From assembly GCF_001194135.2 (NCBI RefSeq), contig NC_068987.1, positions 67,871,157 to 67,911,919 on the forward strand: a stretch of DNA of 40,763 nucleotides, given 5' to 3'. The number at the start of each line of letters is the position of its first letter. Position 1 is the stretch's first letter. A model generated the notes under the pieces. The model saw only the letters and a program-made list of their open reading frames with translations, made no database searches and had not been told where the DNA came from. This DNA comes from Octopus bimaculoides. Taxonomy: Eukaryota. Below are positions 13,987-25,775 of the stretch, piece after piece. Position numbers and translations under genes: made by a program.

Positions 13987-14075
13987 TGATCTTACCAGTC
14001 GGTTTCACGTAAAGAATACAATGGAGTGTTAGGTAACAAACCGATTATACAATTTTACGTTCATCAGAGCAATCA
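13987..14075 (-). ncRNA. Type I hammerhead ribozyme motif (minus polarity)
   Basis: CUGAUGA (14067-14061); stem II ACGUAAA/UUUACGU; GAAA (14006-14003); helix III ACC-GACU-GGU; GUA cleavage triplet, cut between 13993 and 13992; helix I 2 bp + 2-nt bulge + 4 bp (UGAU-UG-CU / AG-AUCA). Confidence 0.7.
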
Positions 14076-14100
14076 CCATATTCTCTTCCATGTTGGCTAA

Positions 14101-14182
14101 CTCTGATGAGCGTAAAGTTATATAATCAGTTCGTTAACTAACATTCCATTATATTCTTTACACGAAACGGATTGGTAAGATC
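14101..14182 (+). ncRNA. Type I hammerhead ribozyme motif (plus polarity), partly decayed
   Basis: CUGAUGA (14103-14109); stem II GCGUAAAG/CUUUACAC with one C-A mismatch, extended by AUAUAAU/AUUAUAU; GAAA (14164-14167); GUA (14175-14177). Helix III has a G-G mismatch and helix I only 2 bp. Confidence 0.6.
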
Positions 14183-14545
14183 CGCCGTGATGGATATTTA
14201 ATAGTATACATTTCGGATACTCTATATATACATAAGAGAGTTTGTATGTGTGTGTGCGAGCGTATGACCCTTATACATTCGAAAACTGAGTTGCCGATTT
14301 TGACGTGTGGGGTATCAAAAGATCCAATAATGTTTCGGCTACCAAATAAAGTTTTCTACGTTATCTCAACAACCAGCTTTAGTTATTTTAAAGGCACTGC
14401 TCTACCATGACCAGGTTTCATTAGAAAGTGGAAAAAAGCTTCACACTTTCAATTTGAACCAAAATTACAAAGTGATGCATTACGAGAGTGACGATGTGTG
14501 AATAATATTTCGCCGAATTAGTCACATCTGTACTATAATAAAGAA

Positions 14546-16255
14546 AGCCAGGATCCTTAACTACCCTGTCCATGATGTAGCGCATGAGGTGGAGGTTGTC
14601 ATGGATGCTTCTGCCCGGCACGGCGCATGTTTGCGCCTTGTCGACCAGTTTATCGATGACAAGCACCAACCTCTCGGCTATTACTTTGGCCAAAATTTTC
14701 AAATCTGCGTTGAGCAGAGTGATGGGCCTGAAATTATCTATAAAATTCCCCTCCTTTGGGTCTTTCTTCAGCAATGTCACTGCACCTCGGCTCACGAAAC
14801 CGGGAATTCTCCCGTTTTGTTGCCAGTTGCAGTAGACTGATGCCAAGAGGTCACCAAACAAGTCTGGCATTTGGCAATACNNNNNNNNNNNNNNNNNNNN
14901 NNNNNNNNNNNNNNNNNNNNNNNNNNNNNNNNNNNNNNNNNNNNNNNNNNNNNNNNNNNNNNNNNNNNNNNNNNNNNNNNNNNNNNNNNNNNNNNNNNNN
15001 NNNNNNNNNNNNNNNNNNNNNNNNNNNNNNNNNNNNNNNNNNNNNNNNNNNNNNNNNNNNNNNNNNNNNNNNNNNNNNNNNNNNNNNNNNNNNNNNNNNN
15101 NNNNNNNNNNNNNNNNNNNNNNNNNNNNNNNNNNNNNNNNNNNNNNNNNNNNNNNNNNNNNNNNNNNNNNNNNNNNNNNNNNNNNNNNNNNNNNNNNNNN
15201 NNNNNNNNNNNNNNNNNNNNNNNNNNNNNNNNNNNNNNNNNNNNNNNNNNNNNNNNNNNNNNNNNNNNNNNNNNNNNNNNNNNNNNNNNNNNNNNNNNNN
15301 NNNNNNNNNNNNNNNNNNNNNNNNNNNNNNNNNNNNNNNNNNNNNNNNNNNNNNNNNNNNNNNNNNNNNNNNNNNNNNNNNNNNNNNNNNNNNNNNNNNN
15401 NNNNNNNNNNNNNNNNNNNNNNNNNNNNNNNNNNNNNNNNNNNNNNNNNNNNNNNNNNNNNNNNNNNNNNNNNNNNNNNNNNNNNNNNNNNNNNNNNNNN
15501 NNNNNNNNNNNNNNNNNNNNNNNNNNNNNNNNNNNNNNNNNNNNNNNNNNNNNNNNNNNNNNNNNNNNNNNNNNNNNNNNNNNNNNNNNNNNNNNNNNNN
15601 NNNNNNNNNNNNNNNNNNNNNNNNNNNNNNNNNNNNNNNNNNNNNNNNNNNNNNNNNNNNNNNNNNNNNNNNNNNNNNNNNNNNNNNNNNNNNNNNNNNN
15701 NNNNNNNNNNNNNNNNNNNNNNTTTAAATTGTGGACATCCTACACTATCTCTATCCGCTGTCCTACATAGAACTCTATCTAGATACGATCTAGACGATCC
15801 GACACGGTTTGTCCAAGTCCATGTTGGCACGTTCGGATGGTCGAGTCGGAACCTGTCGGACAAATGGAAACGTCTGAGCAGGTCTTTGAGACACTTACAT
15901 CCCCTTCTACTCCTATCCACTCCCACATACTCTATATGCGTGTCCAAGGTAGCGTTCCAGTCCCCTACTAACAGTAAAGGTCGTGACGTTCCCAGGAAAA
16001 CCTCTAGACGCCTAAAGAAATCCGGCTGACCCGTTAAGGACGGTGCATACACTGCCATCAGACGGAAAGCTCACCCGTTTGTGCCATCGACGTCCAAGAC
16101 AACCAGCCTACCCTCCGGGTCTAGGAATATTGGACTTGCTTTTAGGATCAGACTATTCCGAAAAAGCACCGCGGTACCACCACCACCCATGTTTGGCAGA
16201 CAGGGAGAAAAATAAATGTCGAAATGTCCGGCAAACATGGACTTGAGGGCCCGCA
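14546..16255 (-). mobile_element. Non-LTR retrotransposon (L1/Tx1 clade) ORF2 fragment: APE endonuclease and N-terminal RT, gap 14881-15721
   Basis: Endonuclease motifs GGGTAVLF, AVYAP, LLVGDWNA, TWTWTN, SYLDRVL; RT motifs TLLKKDP..NFRPITLLNADLKILAKVIAERL..QTCAVPGRSIHDN. Truncated at both ends, with an in-frame stop upstream of AVYAP. Confidence 0.92.
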
Positions 16256-16294
16256 GATAAATAGACAGATAAATAACTAGAGAAACAGATACGT

Positions 16295-16327
<33 letters not shown>

Positions 16328-16580
16328 GATAAATAGATACATAATTACATACCTACATACATGAATACATGCATACATACATACATGCATACATACATAA
16401 TATATACTTACATAGATACATAGATACATAGATACATATATACATACATACATACATACATACATACCTAGGTAGATTCAATAATAGGACGAATTCTTTT
16501 ACAAGAATTTATCAAGTAGCTAGCGTGAAAAAAACCTCATAAGGGAAAAAAATCCATCATTTATTCCCGAAATATATATT

Positions 16581-16697
16581 TATATTTATATAAGGGCATT
16601 ACTATATAATAATGCCTCAAAAATGTGCTTTTTTTTTACCTTAGAGTCCCTCATGGCGTGAGGCGTTATTATATAGTAATGCCCTTATATAAATATA
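16581..16697. repeat. Inverted repeat, 39-bp arms, 39-nt spacer
   Basis: 16581-16619 versus reverse complement of 16659-16697: 38/39 identical. Confidence 0.92.
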
Positions 16698-17344
16698 CAT
16701 ACCTAGGAAGGTAGATATGTTTTTAAGTAATCATAAAAGAATAATACGTAGAAGACAGAGTGTAAATTTCAAGTCCCACCAAAATCCAGATACCCAAATG
16801 CAATTTTCACAGACATTCTTTCATCATTCCACATCATATCAGTCTACATTTTCCTGCAAAGCATGTTTCTACATTACTGTAGGCATATGAAGATGCACGT
16901 AGTTATAGACAAAGATGAATGGGAGTGATTTAGAAGAATTGTTTTCGACATTTAAGACGAAACAAAAACATATATACATATCCATTTAGTCTTTTTAATC
17001 CTTACATATATGAATTTCATCGTATTTATTCATTACCTTGAGAGAACTACACTGCATTTCAAAGACGTTGTAGTATTGTGTAAGTAATCAGTCTACCTTA
17101 AGTAAATATAGCAGTTTATCAGTTCTTATGTAACTGAAATAAAGTTATCTTCGATATATAAGTACCCCAGTGCTAAAAATAAGGAAATAAATTATCGTCA
17201 TGTACAGCCATGAAATAAAACGAACTGATTGACAGTTGGAGTATATTTTTTATTAGCGACGTACATCTTCACGAATATATTATGGAAACACAGACGCATA
17301 CTTTAAATGTCTTTTATTATATACGTGTATATATATGGATTTCA

Positions 17345-17547
17345 AATTTTGCAAAGGCCAGCAGGTTAGTGGAGAGGGCCTCAGTCGATTATATCGACCC
17401 AGTATTCAAATGGTAGTTATTTTATCGACCCCGATAGGATGAAAATCATAGTTAACATTGGCGGAATTTGAACTGAAAATGTAAAGATGTTAGAAACGCC
17501 GCTAAGCATTTTGCCTGGCATGCTAACGATTCTACGAGCTCACCGCC
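17345..17547 (-). mobile_element. tRNA-derived SINE, diverged, family of 2402-2632
   Basis: Minus strand GGCGGTGAGCTCGTAGAATCGTTAGCATG ... CAGTTCAAATTCCGCC ... TTTCATCCTATCGGGGTCGATAAAATAACTACC. Confidence 0.75.
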
Positions 17548-17775
17548 TTGTGCATGTCTACATATTGTCATGCGATTTATTTTACCATACACTGAGCTCA
17601 TTATTTCGGTTTTTGTGTCATTTTGTAGATTTAAGAAAAAATGAAAAGTGTATGTTCTCATATTTTGAGCTCTGTTTAGTCTGTACTGTAATTTGCCCGA
17701 CACACACGCGCGCGCAACAGTTTGTTTACAGGTATATATGTGTATTTGTGCCTGCGTGTGTGTCTATGTGTGTGT

Positions 17776-17884
<109 letters not shown>

Positions 17885-18151
17885 ACAGTGGAAATGTTGA
17901 CTTTCATATCGAAGTTTATGTAGCTGTCTCTGGACAGTCCGATGTAAGTCATATATAAGAAACTTCGAAGTAACTGTGAACATTACCTTGCAAAAAAGGA
18001 TAACAAATATACATTACTTTACTAAAACGTATTGAGCTGAAACGTACTCTTTACTAAAAAGAAATTTTTCTAAAACGTACTTTACTAAAACATATTCAGT
18101 TTGATGTTTTGTGATTTTATATATGATTCTACGTAAAAATTAAGATATAGA

Positions 18152-18183
<32 letters not shown>

Positions 18184-19699
18184 TGTGAGTGTGTGCGTGT
18201 CTGTGTGTGTGTGAACGCTTGTAAATGTATATGTGCATATAGGCGTGCATGACGCAATATTTTTCAAATGTGAATGAAACATTTTAGAGAGAGAGGCATT
18301 AGATGATTATCATTTTAGTTATTCAGAATTTCCCTGTAATTATACATTTAATGGTGCATAGTTAGAAAGTAACTAGCTTACTAATAACGTCCAAACATCT
18401 AACTGGTTGTGTTTAATCGACGAATAATCTGGTTTACAAAAAAACAAAAAAAGAAAATAAACATATTTCCCGTAAGTGTACATTCAACTGAAATTTGCCA
18501 CGCACAAAGAGGAAAACCTGTTTAGAGTTTAGCACTCAGTTTTATTCGCCGACAGACATGTTTCAAGATTCTTTTAATAACAACATGCTCTTGTACATGG
18601 TTGTAGAACGCCCTTCTGTTAGGATTCTTGAATGAATTTGTTAAAAATGCATTGCTGTCAGTATTTATTTCTATATGCCAGTACATTAATAGCATAAACT
18701 ACGAATTCGTTTAACAATGATCGATAAAATAAGTACTAAACTGAAATAAAACTGAGGCAGTATTCTCAACTTGTAGCACGTATTGAAGAATGGTCGCTGT
18801 TAAATGAATTAATGAATTAAAACAAAAATGTGGAATAATACGTATTAAAGATTAATTAATGTCACATAGTACTTAAGTACAGCCTTCTCGATGAATATTT
18901 AGTTTTCTTATCCTAGCACGTTCGAAAGGACTAGTAATTTAAATAACTATAAGATGGCATCAAGCTCATAGATATATAAGATCTCGAAAGGGATATGCGT
19001 GAGCATAAAAATATACCTATACAAAAGAATTAGCACATTTACGCAAGATTTGTACATGCATTTTAATCTAGTAAAGCTAATCCATATTATTCGAAATTTC
19101 GAAACATTCCTGGATTTGCCCATTTGGTTGTACATAAGTGGAACGCTAACGTTCTGAAACTTGCCGACAACTACCCAAATATCTTTCGTTTAATGGATAT
19201 AAGTTTTGTTATTTCTTCTGTATACCAAATATTTTCATTATTTTTTCGGTAATCAAACCAGCAAGACCAGGAAACTTACAGATTATTACTTTTAAGAACA
19301 ATAACAATTTTTTTAGGGCTCACGAAAAAGAAAAGCTTGTGGTATAATAGCTCCTAGTGTGTATATACCTAGGAGAGCCGATGTAAATACGCAGTTAGAC
19401 ATTTCGTTGATTAATCATATTCATTGAGTTATCTGAAGTTAGGAGAGAAACTTCGACAAGTCCATGAGATATAAAAGAGAACATTCTCAGTAGGTAGCTA
19501 TTATCATATCAAATTTTATTACTAAAATTTGTCGGCAAATGAATAGTAGAGAATTACAGACAATTAATAAGAATTTTCTTTTACCTTTTTTTTTTTTTCA
19601 TATCGAATGGCTATCAAAGCTGAATAAGAAAATATAAAAAGAAAGATTCTGAAGGATTTAGAAAACGATAACCATCTACCACACACCACAGAGACTATG

Positions 19700-20760
19700 A
19701 AATAAAATGTATTTTCTTTAGTAACGGCGGTTATAATGAGAAATACGCTCCAATACACACAGAAATAAATGACTGCAACCAGCTAAAAACAAATTCTGAA
19801 AATTTATAAATTGAAACTTGAAGAAATAAATTCTTTTCCAAAAGAAGACAGGTCACAAACGGGCAACATATCATAAAATGTGAAAAATGAACATTAATGA
19901 AACAGAAGCAATAACGAGACAAGAAAAATGAGATAAATATAAATGATATAAATCACCTAACTTATGCAACAGTCCGTGTAATACTGAAGAAACGGGCTGT
20001 GAAAACAGTGAAAATTCTAAAAATCAAATAATGTAAGCAGCCGAGAAAATAAAATACATAAGGTTATAAGACAAAAGTGAAATAGCAATAATATATCCGA
20101 AATACAAAGGGAAAAATAGCACAGCTATTAAAAAAACACTAACAATGTAACATTAAGAATGGAAATGGACTTAATAAAAGAAAATCAAATTCAGTTAGCC
20201 AAATAAAAATAATAAAATAAAAAAGAGGGAATAAGCAGGAAATAAACTAATGGGAGAAATAAAAGAGGCAATCGAAGCGAAATAAAATGTTTTCGAGAAC
20301 ACAAACAATAACTTACATGGAGTTAAATGATAAAACACTTAACAATAGAAAATTCCTTAGTAGAAAGAAATAAACAAAAAAAAAAAGAGAAGAAAACAAA
20401 TAAAGCAAGAAAAATGTTTCAGTGTTAGAAAATCTGGTATGGTGAAAAATAGCATATAAATAAGCGAAGGAGGGAAACAAATAACAACTTGTGCCGTATA
20501 CTAATATTATTACCAGGGTCAACAATCACAGAAGTGGGGTTGAATCCGAAAATGAGAGAAGAAATCAAAAAATAAATGATATGATGAAATATATAACATC
20601 CCGGAAGACCTAATTTAAACAAATGTATGACAATATAGAGCATGAAAAATGTAAAAATCACACTCTCTGCCGAGCAAGGATGATTTTAGGATACAATATA
20701 AATCATGCATTATTCAGCATGACATGCTGGCCTCGCTACTTGAAGAAACTAAGAGAAGAG
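19700..20760 (+). mobile_element. Possible highly decayed R4/Dong-type LINE, pre-RT region
   Basis: Strong A-bias on the plus strand. Fragments INDINHLTYATVRVI (from 19939) and KIWYGEKxHINK resemble the IxxxNxLIYAAA and FWxxIWxxxxxHN motifs of R4-clade ORFs. Many stops; motif recognition by eye only. Confidence 0.4.
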
Positions 20761-20868
20761 GAAGATAACGATCAAAAGATATGAAAACTAAAAAAAAAAT
20801 AGAAAAGAAATTATGCTGTTGCGCGGGGCGAAAAATGTATCAAGGTAATATGGGTGATGAAATGCCAC

Positions 20869-20932
20869 GCAGTTAACTACCAGAATAGTAGCAACAACAT
20901 GCAGTTAACTACCAGAATAGTAACAATAGCAT
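20869..20932. repeat. 32-bp tandem duplication
   Basis: GCAGTTAACTACCAGAATAGTAGCAACAACAT followed by GCAGTTAACTACCAGAATAGTAACAATAGCAT. Confidence 0.9.
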
Positions 20933-21189
20933 CAAGGATTGTAGCAACTTGATGAAAATGAACTCCACAAAGCCCTTACCCACGCCAACAACAAAACTAA
21001 AACTAGAACAACAAAAGTAAGCGCATCGGATTTAGCCAAGTAATACAGAAGTTTGCTATAATCAACAGAAAGAGCATCAACATCACGAGTAACGACATCT
21101 GCAGAAGTAAGGAAGAAACCTCCTTCAATTTCTTTTTCTGCTTAATGTATCAGTTGATGGGTTGGTTTTATAAATGCGCCTACCCTGAC

Positions 21190-21520
21190 GTTGGCTTCGA
21201 CAAAATCTTTTGTTGAATGACTTGTACAATTGCGGAGATCTCAGCAGACCAATATATTTGGTGATGCGCACATTCAGTTTTCTGGGTTCAGGCTTCATTC
21301 TGTCAAGCCATCTGGAATGGAGTATAAGCGTTCTTCCAAGTTATCTGGATTTCGAGGAAAAATCGATAATTCAGGATCTAGATAGATGGTCAGTGGATCT
21401 GGAATCGAACTGCAATAAATGAGGTGCATCCAGACCAGTTGCCGGTTATATTCCGACGAATGCTTTGCAGTTGCGCTTCTCGAAGAAAATTATTCATGCC
21501 ACTCAATATCATTAGTGTCT
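21190..21520 (-). mobile_element. Possible decayed Ty3/Gypsy pol fragment (upstream of and within the integrase zinc-binding domain)
   Basis: Minus frames give EAQLQSIRRNITGNWS, DPELSI and HQIYWSAEISAIVQVIQ, resembling LxxLxxxIxxGWP...DELS...VYWPGISxDIxxxV of gypsy integrases. Multiple stops and frameshifts. Confidence 0.4.
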
Positions 21521-22513
21521 GTAGGCGACTATATAGGCATTTGAAACAAACACCAGTTTAAAATAGATTTCGAAAGAAATAATATTGAAAAAATAATATT
21601 GATAAAAGAATAAGTCTGTTGTATTCTAGCAGTTTGGATACTGAAACAATTGATTGTACAGGATCTCACCTTATTCACATTCACATTTGTAGTAGATTTG
21701 AATAAACAGTCTCGTGAGATGCATTTACTGTATTTGATTTATTTATACAATTTCCATGGACGCCAAAGAGTTTCGGATGTAAATCCCTTAGAATATGCAT
21801 CATTACTGATATTGATATCAGGTAGCAAACAAAGTCACAGGACCTACAAACAAAGCATACTTCAATTACCAGACCGGTTGGTGCGTTGCGTCCTTTAGCA
21901 CAGAAATTCATCTCAAGTTGTACTACGATTACTTCGACACATCACGTGTGCTATACAGAGGAAGTGAGCTAAGGTAGAGCACATATGTTTGATCACTATA
22001 AATAAATGACTTGTGTAGGACGTTCGGCAAAAGTTGAACACGCATACATCACCTTCCATGGGAGAGTTCATCATATATATAAACAGTTCATTATATATAC
22101 ATACATATATATATATATATANNNNNNNNNNNNNNNNNNNNNNNNNNNNNNNNNNNNNNNNNNNNNNNNNNNNNNNNNNNNNNNNNNNNNNNNNNNNNNN
22201 NNNNNNNNNNNNNNNNNNNNNNNNNNNNNNNNNNNNNNNNNNNNNNNNNNNNNNNNNNNNNNNNNNNNNNNNNNNNNNNNNNNNNNNNNNNNNNNNNNNN
22301 NNNNNNNNNNNNNNNNNNNNNNNNNNNNNNNNNNNNNNNNNNNNNNNNNNNNNNNNNNNNNNNNNNNNNNNNNNNNNNNNNNNNNNNNNNNNNNNGGGTA
22401 ACACCCAAGTTCCACTCAAGAGTACACATCTATAATCACCTTTTCTCTCATTTACATGTAGAAATCCATACATACATGTTGAGATGCATGATACTGAAAT
22501 GCATATATGTAGA

Positions 22514-22827
22514 TACTAGCTGGTGTACCCGGTAATTCCCGGGGGTAAAGATGTTCTATTGAATCGCCTTAAAAACTAACAACTGTAAGCGAAGATGCTA
22601 TGGGTTATTTCCCTTGAATGTTTAAAAAAAATTAGATATATGAGGTAGATATAAAGATCCCTTCCAGGGGCCGTATGATTGACTTTCTCTACAATCGACG
22701 TATGTCACGAGGTTTCCAGCCATGAGTTATACTCACGTGTCAAGTTTCATCAAAATCAATAAAACGATGTAGGAGTTACCTTATAACGCCACAAACAAAC
22801 ACACACCGATTTTCCACATATGTAGTA
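22514..22827 (+). mobile_element. HINE/DINE-1-like non-autonomous rolling-circle element
   Basis: Starts TACTAGCTG, followed by a short palindrome CCCGG-TAATTC-CCGGG (22528-22543), an internal GTGTCAAGTTTCATCAAAATC..GTAGGAG block and a short CAAA/CA repeat near the other end. This matches the layout of DINE-1/Lep1-type elements. Confidence 0.55.
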
Positions 22828-23667
22828 GTTATATAATCGTATGAGTGTACTTAGATTAATATGTATGTACGTATGTGTAGATGTATGTGTGTTTTAGTGT
22901 GCGCGTGTGTATGTGTCTGTTGCATGAGTGAGTGTGTGTGTATGGGTGTGTACATGCATGCACGTATGAGTATGTGTGGATATATGTGTATATTATATAT
23001 ATATGTATGTATGCATATATATATAAGTGTATGTCTATGTATAATAAAAAAAATTAATATATATATTTTTGAATTTTAACTGTTGTCTGCGAAAATAGTG
23101 CCACATATATATGTGTAGATGGATAAGCGTATATATGTGTATACTTTAAGATTATACGTATATATGTGTGTGTGTGTCCGTGCTTATGTGATTGTGAGTG
23201 CTAGTATGTATGTGTAGGTATGTTTATATTTGCATGTATGTGTCTAAGACGTTATATCCATTCACCGTTTGACGGTAGTGAGACGGACTCACATACACAC
23301 ACATACACATACACACACCCACATATATATGTATATATGTTTACAAACTTCGACAGTGTAACAGTCATTTACACAACTTGAACCGAAACATATATCAGTA
23401 CATAAATATGCGTTCACATGTACATACACATATACACACACACAAACACGTCTACACACTTACATGCCTAAATACTCACATACATACATACATACATACA
23501 TACATACATACATACATACATACATGCGTATAGGTATGCATACCTACATACATACATACATACACATGTGCATACGCACATACATAATATATGCATTGAT
23601 TGATCGAATGATTGACAGATAGACAGACAGATAGATAGATAAATAGATAGATAGATAGATAGATACG

Positions 23668-23700
<33 letters not shown>

Positions 23701-23879
23701 GCATACATGCATACATAGAAAGAGATTAAGAGGTGGATTAAGTAATTCATTCATGGGATTCTGGTTTGGATAATACGAACTAATGATAATGCATATGGAT
23801 GCATATCTATTACTCTATCTCTTTAAGTAACTACACGTGTGTGTATGTGACTGTCTATGTGTGTGTATGTATACAGAGA

Positions 23880-23942
<63 letters not shown>

Positions 23943-24699
23943 AGAAAAGGATTGATAAGTGTGCAGGGACATCAGGTATCTACGATTGCAACGCATAATC
24001 TCTTTCAGCTTCATAATGGGTACAGAATCATATTAAAGGAGGTAACTTTTGTTGCGTTGACATCGTTGGGTTGATAGAAACATTACAGTAACATATTTAC
24101 TGCCATTATATATACAATCTTGGTCACAATCAGGCGTTAGGTGAAGTACTTTCATACATAACGATCGACTCAGTGCGTAATACAACATCATAATACTTTT
24201 TTTCCATGTGTCACATATTTTATTGTAATTTGTTTATGAGAGTGCTAGGTAGACTTCTTAGATCAAAGGTTTCCATGGTTTTCATATTTGACAAGGGGTT
24301 AAATATTTGTTTATTTTCTATAATATTTCATACGTGTTTATTACATGAAGGAGCATTTATTGTATGAAACATGAAGTATGAGCTGTATTCGTTATGAGGG
24401 AAATTTAAATGTTAACCACGAGTAATGATTCACCAAATTGCATCATAAGGATAAATGAAGAAGGACTGCTACCTAAGATCACTGGGAAAAATTAATTTTC
24501 GATATAAAGTTAACGTTTCTTCACATACTGACTCCAAATCCACTCGAGGTCTACGTTGATCAAGAAATTTTCTCGAAAACGATAAAATAAACACAAAGTT
24601 ATTTATTTCTTGGCTCTGTATAATCAACTATATCTAACCCACAAATGCACATCATTGTAGTGTTCAAGCGATCATCATTGCAAGCAGTAGCATGAAAAT

Positions 24700-24890
24700 G
24701 GGATAGCGTGGTAACAGCATTACAATATTTTGATACCTCGTCTCTTTAGGTTCTGAATTTAAATATTTGTTGCGATCGATGTTGCTTTCATCCAACCAGA
24801 GCTGATAAAGTGTGTACCACTCAAGTTCTAAAGACTATATAATCGATGTTAAGTTCCCAGAAAATGCGTGGCCTTGTATTTACGTTATAA
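24700..24890 (+). mobile_element. Highly diverged SINE
   Basis: GTTCTGAATTTAAAT ... GTTGCTTTCATCCAACCAGAGCTGATAAAGTGTGTACC resembles the B box plus central domain of the 2402-2632 family. Confidence 0.45.
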
Positions 24891-25124
24891 CTTAAATGAA
24901 TCTAATTTCCTCGTTTCTATTTCAGATACCCACTCAATCCATCTATAATCGATTTGTAGGTGCAATTTACGCACTGATGCTGCAGGAAGAATTGATATGC
25001 CACATATTATAAAGGACCTATTTTCTGTGAGAAATATGATAACTGGGCTCGTAATTTGCTTTACATACTCAAACAATGTTTTTGAGAAAGAAATGAATAT
25101 TGCAATTTCCATATAGCTTATACA

Positions 25125-25262
25125 CGCACACAACCACATCGTTCTGAGTTCAATACCTCAGCGGGGAAGCTTGGGTAGCAGTCTTCTACTAGAGTCTCTG
25201 GCAGACCAAAGCCTTGTGAATGGATATAGTAGACGGTAACTGAAAGAAGCCAGTCGTATATA
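25125..25262 (+). mobile_element. tRNA-derived SINE fragment (third family)
   Basis: B-box-like GAGTTCAATACC, CORE-like AGCTTGGGTAGCAGTCTT, then GACCAAAGCCTTGTGAATGGAT..GACGGTAACTGAAAGAAGCC, ending in (TA)n. Confidence 0.6.
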
Positions 25263-25269
25263 TATATAA

Positions 25270-25720
25270 AGAAAACACGTCAACAAAACAAGAAACGAGA
25301 GTATTAAAAACAAAATCATAGAAAACGAACTATGTTTCGAACAACGAAAGAAACAAATAGAGAAACGAGACAGGCAACATAAAGAACATTACCTTCATCA
25401 GTTGTCCCTTGTTTTATCTACTCCGCGTTTCGAAGGTGGAGACAAGATGCGACTTCATTGAAACAGTCCTTCTCGCAAAGCAAATTAAATAAAATCTGTG
25501 ATTTTTTGCGGAGGGTTACAGTGGTAACAAAAATAGGACAGTAAGAATAAAACGGTAAAAAACTAACGGTAAGGGCTGTAAAGCAAGACGATGTGAAGTG
25601 GTGAAAGCTGGAAAAATGAGGTTGGAGAAGAAACAGGCAAAAACACGTCTTGTCTTTAGGAAAGAAGTGGAAGAAAGATGGATAACCGTTGGTCAGGTGT
25701 GAGCAACGAGAGAGTCAAGG
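25270..25720 (-). mobile_element. Probable PLE terminal-repeat-like remnant carrying a rearranged hammerhead
   Basis: Contains the HHR core motifs described below. Shares a short AAAAA(C/T)AGGAC(G/A)GTAA motif (about 25530-25545) with the PLE at 196-216. No recognisable ORF. Confidence 0.45.
25391..25452 (-). ncRNA. Candidate non-circularly permuted hammerhead ribozyme
   Basis: Minus strand UCGCAUC|UUGUCUC-C-ACCUUC-GAAA-CGCGG-(14 nt)-GGGACAA-CUGAUGA-AGGU. Helix I 7 bp; helix III 5 of 6 bp; helix II AGGU/ACCU with 2 extra nt before GAAA. Confidence 0.55.
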
Positions 25721-25725
25721 AAGAA

Positions 25726-25775
<50 letters not shown>

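Larger units (their letters stand above)
13950..14219. repeat. Inverted repeat, ~120-bp arms (13950-14069 / 14101-14219), 31-nt spacer
   Basis: Manual alignment: 13988-14069 reverse-complemented versus 14101-14182 gives 70/82 identity with no indels. Outer ~38 nt also align with small indels. Confidence 0.92.

Noticed and set aside
14221-14400. Possible non-autonomous Helitron 5' end (TCTATATATA...GTGTGTG...CCGATTTTGACG)
   Set aside because: The TC is preceded by C rather than A, and no 3' hairpin/CTRR end was found; too weak to call.
9823-16255. The two Tx1/L1 fragments as one twin-primed, 5'-inverted insertion
   Set aside because: Their order and orientation are opposite to twin-priming geometry, they are 4 kb apart with unrelated sequence between, and there are no shared TSDs.
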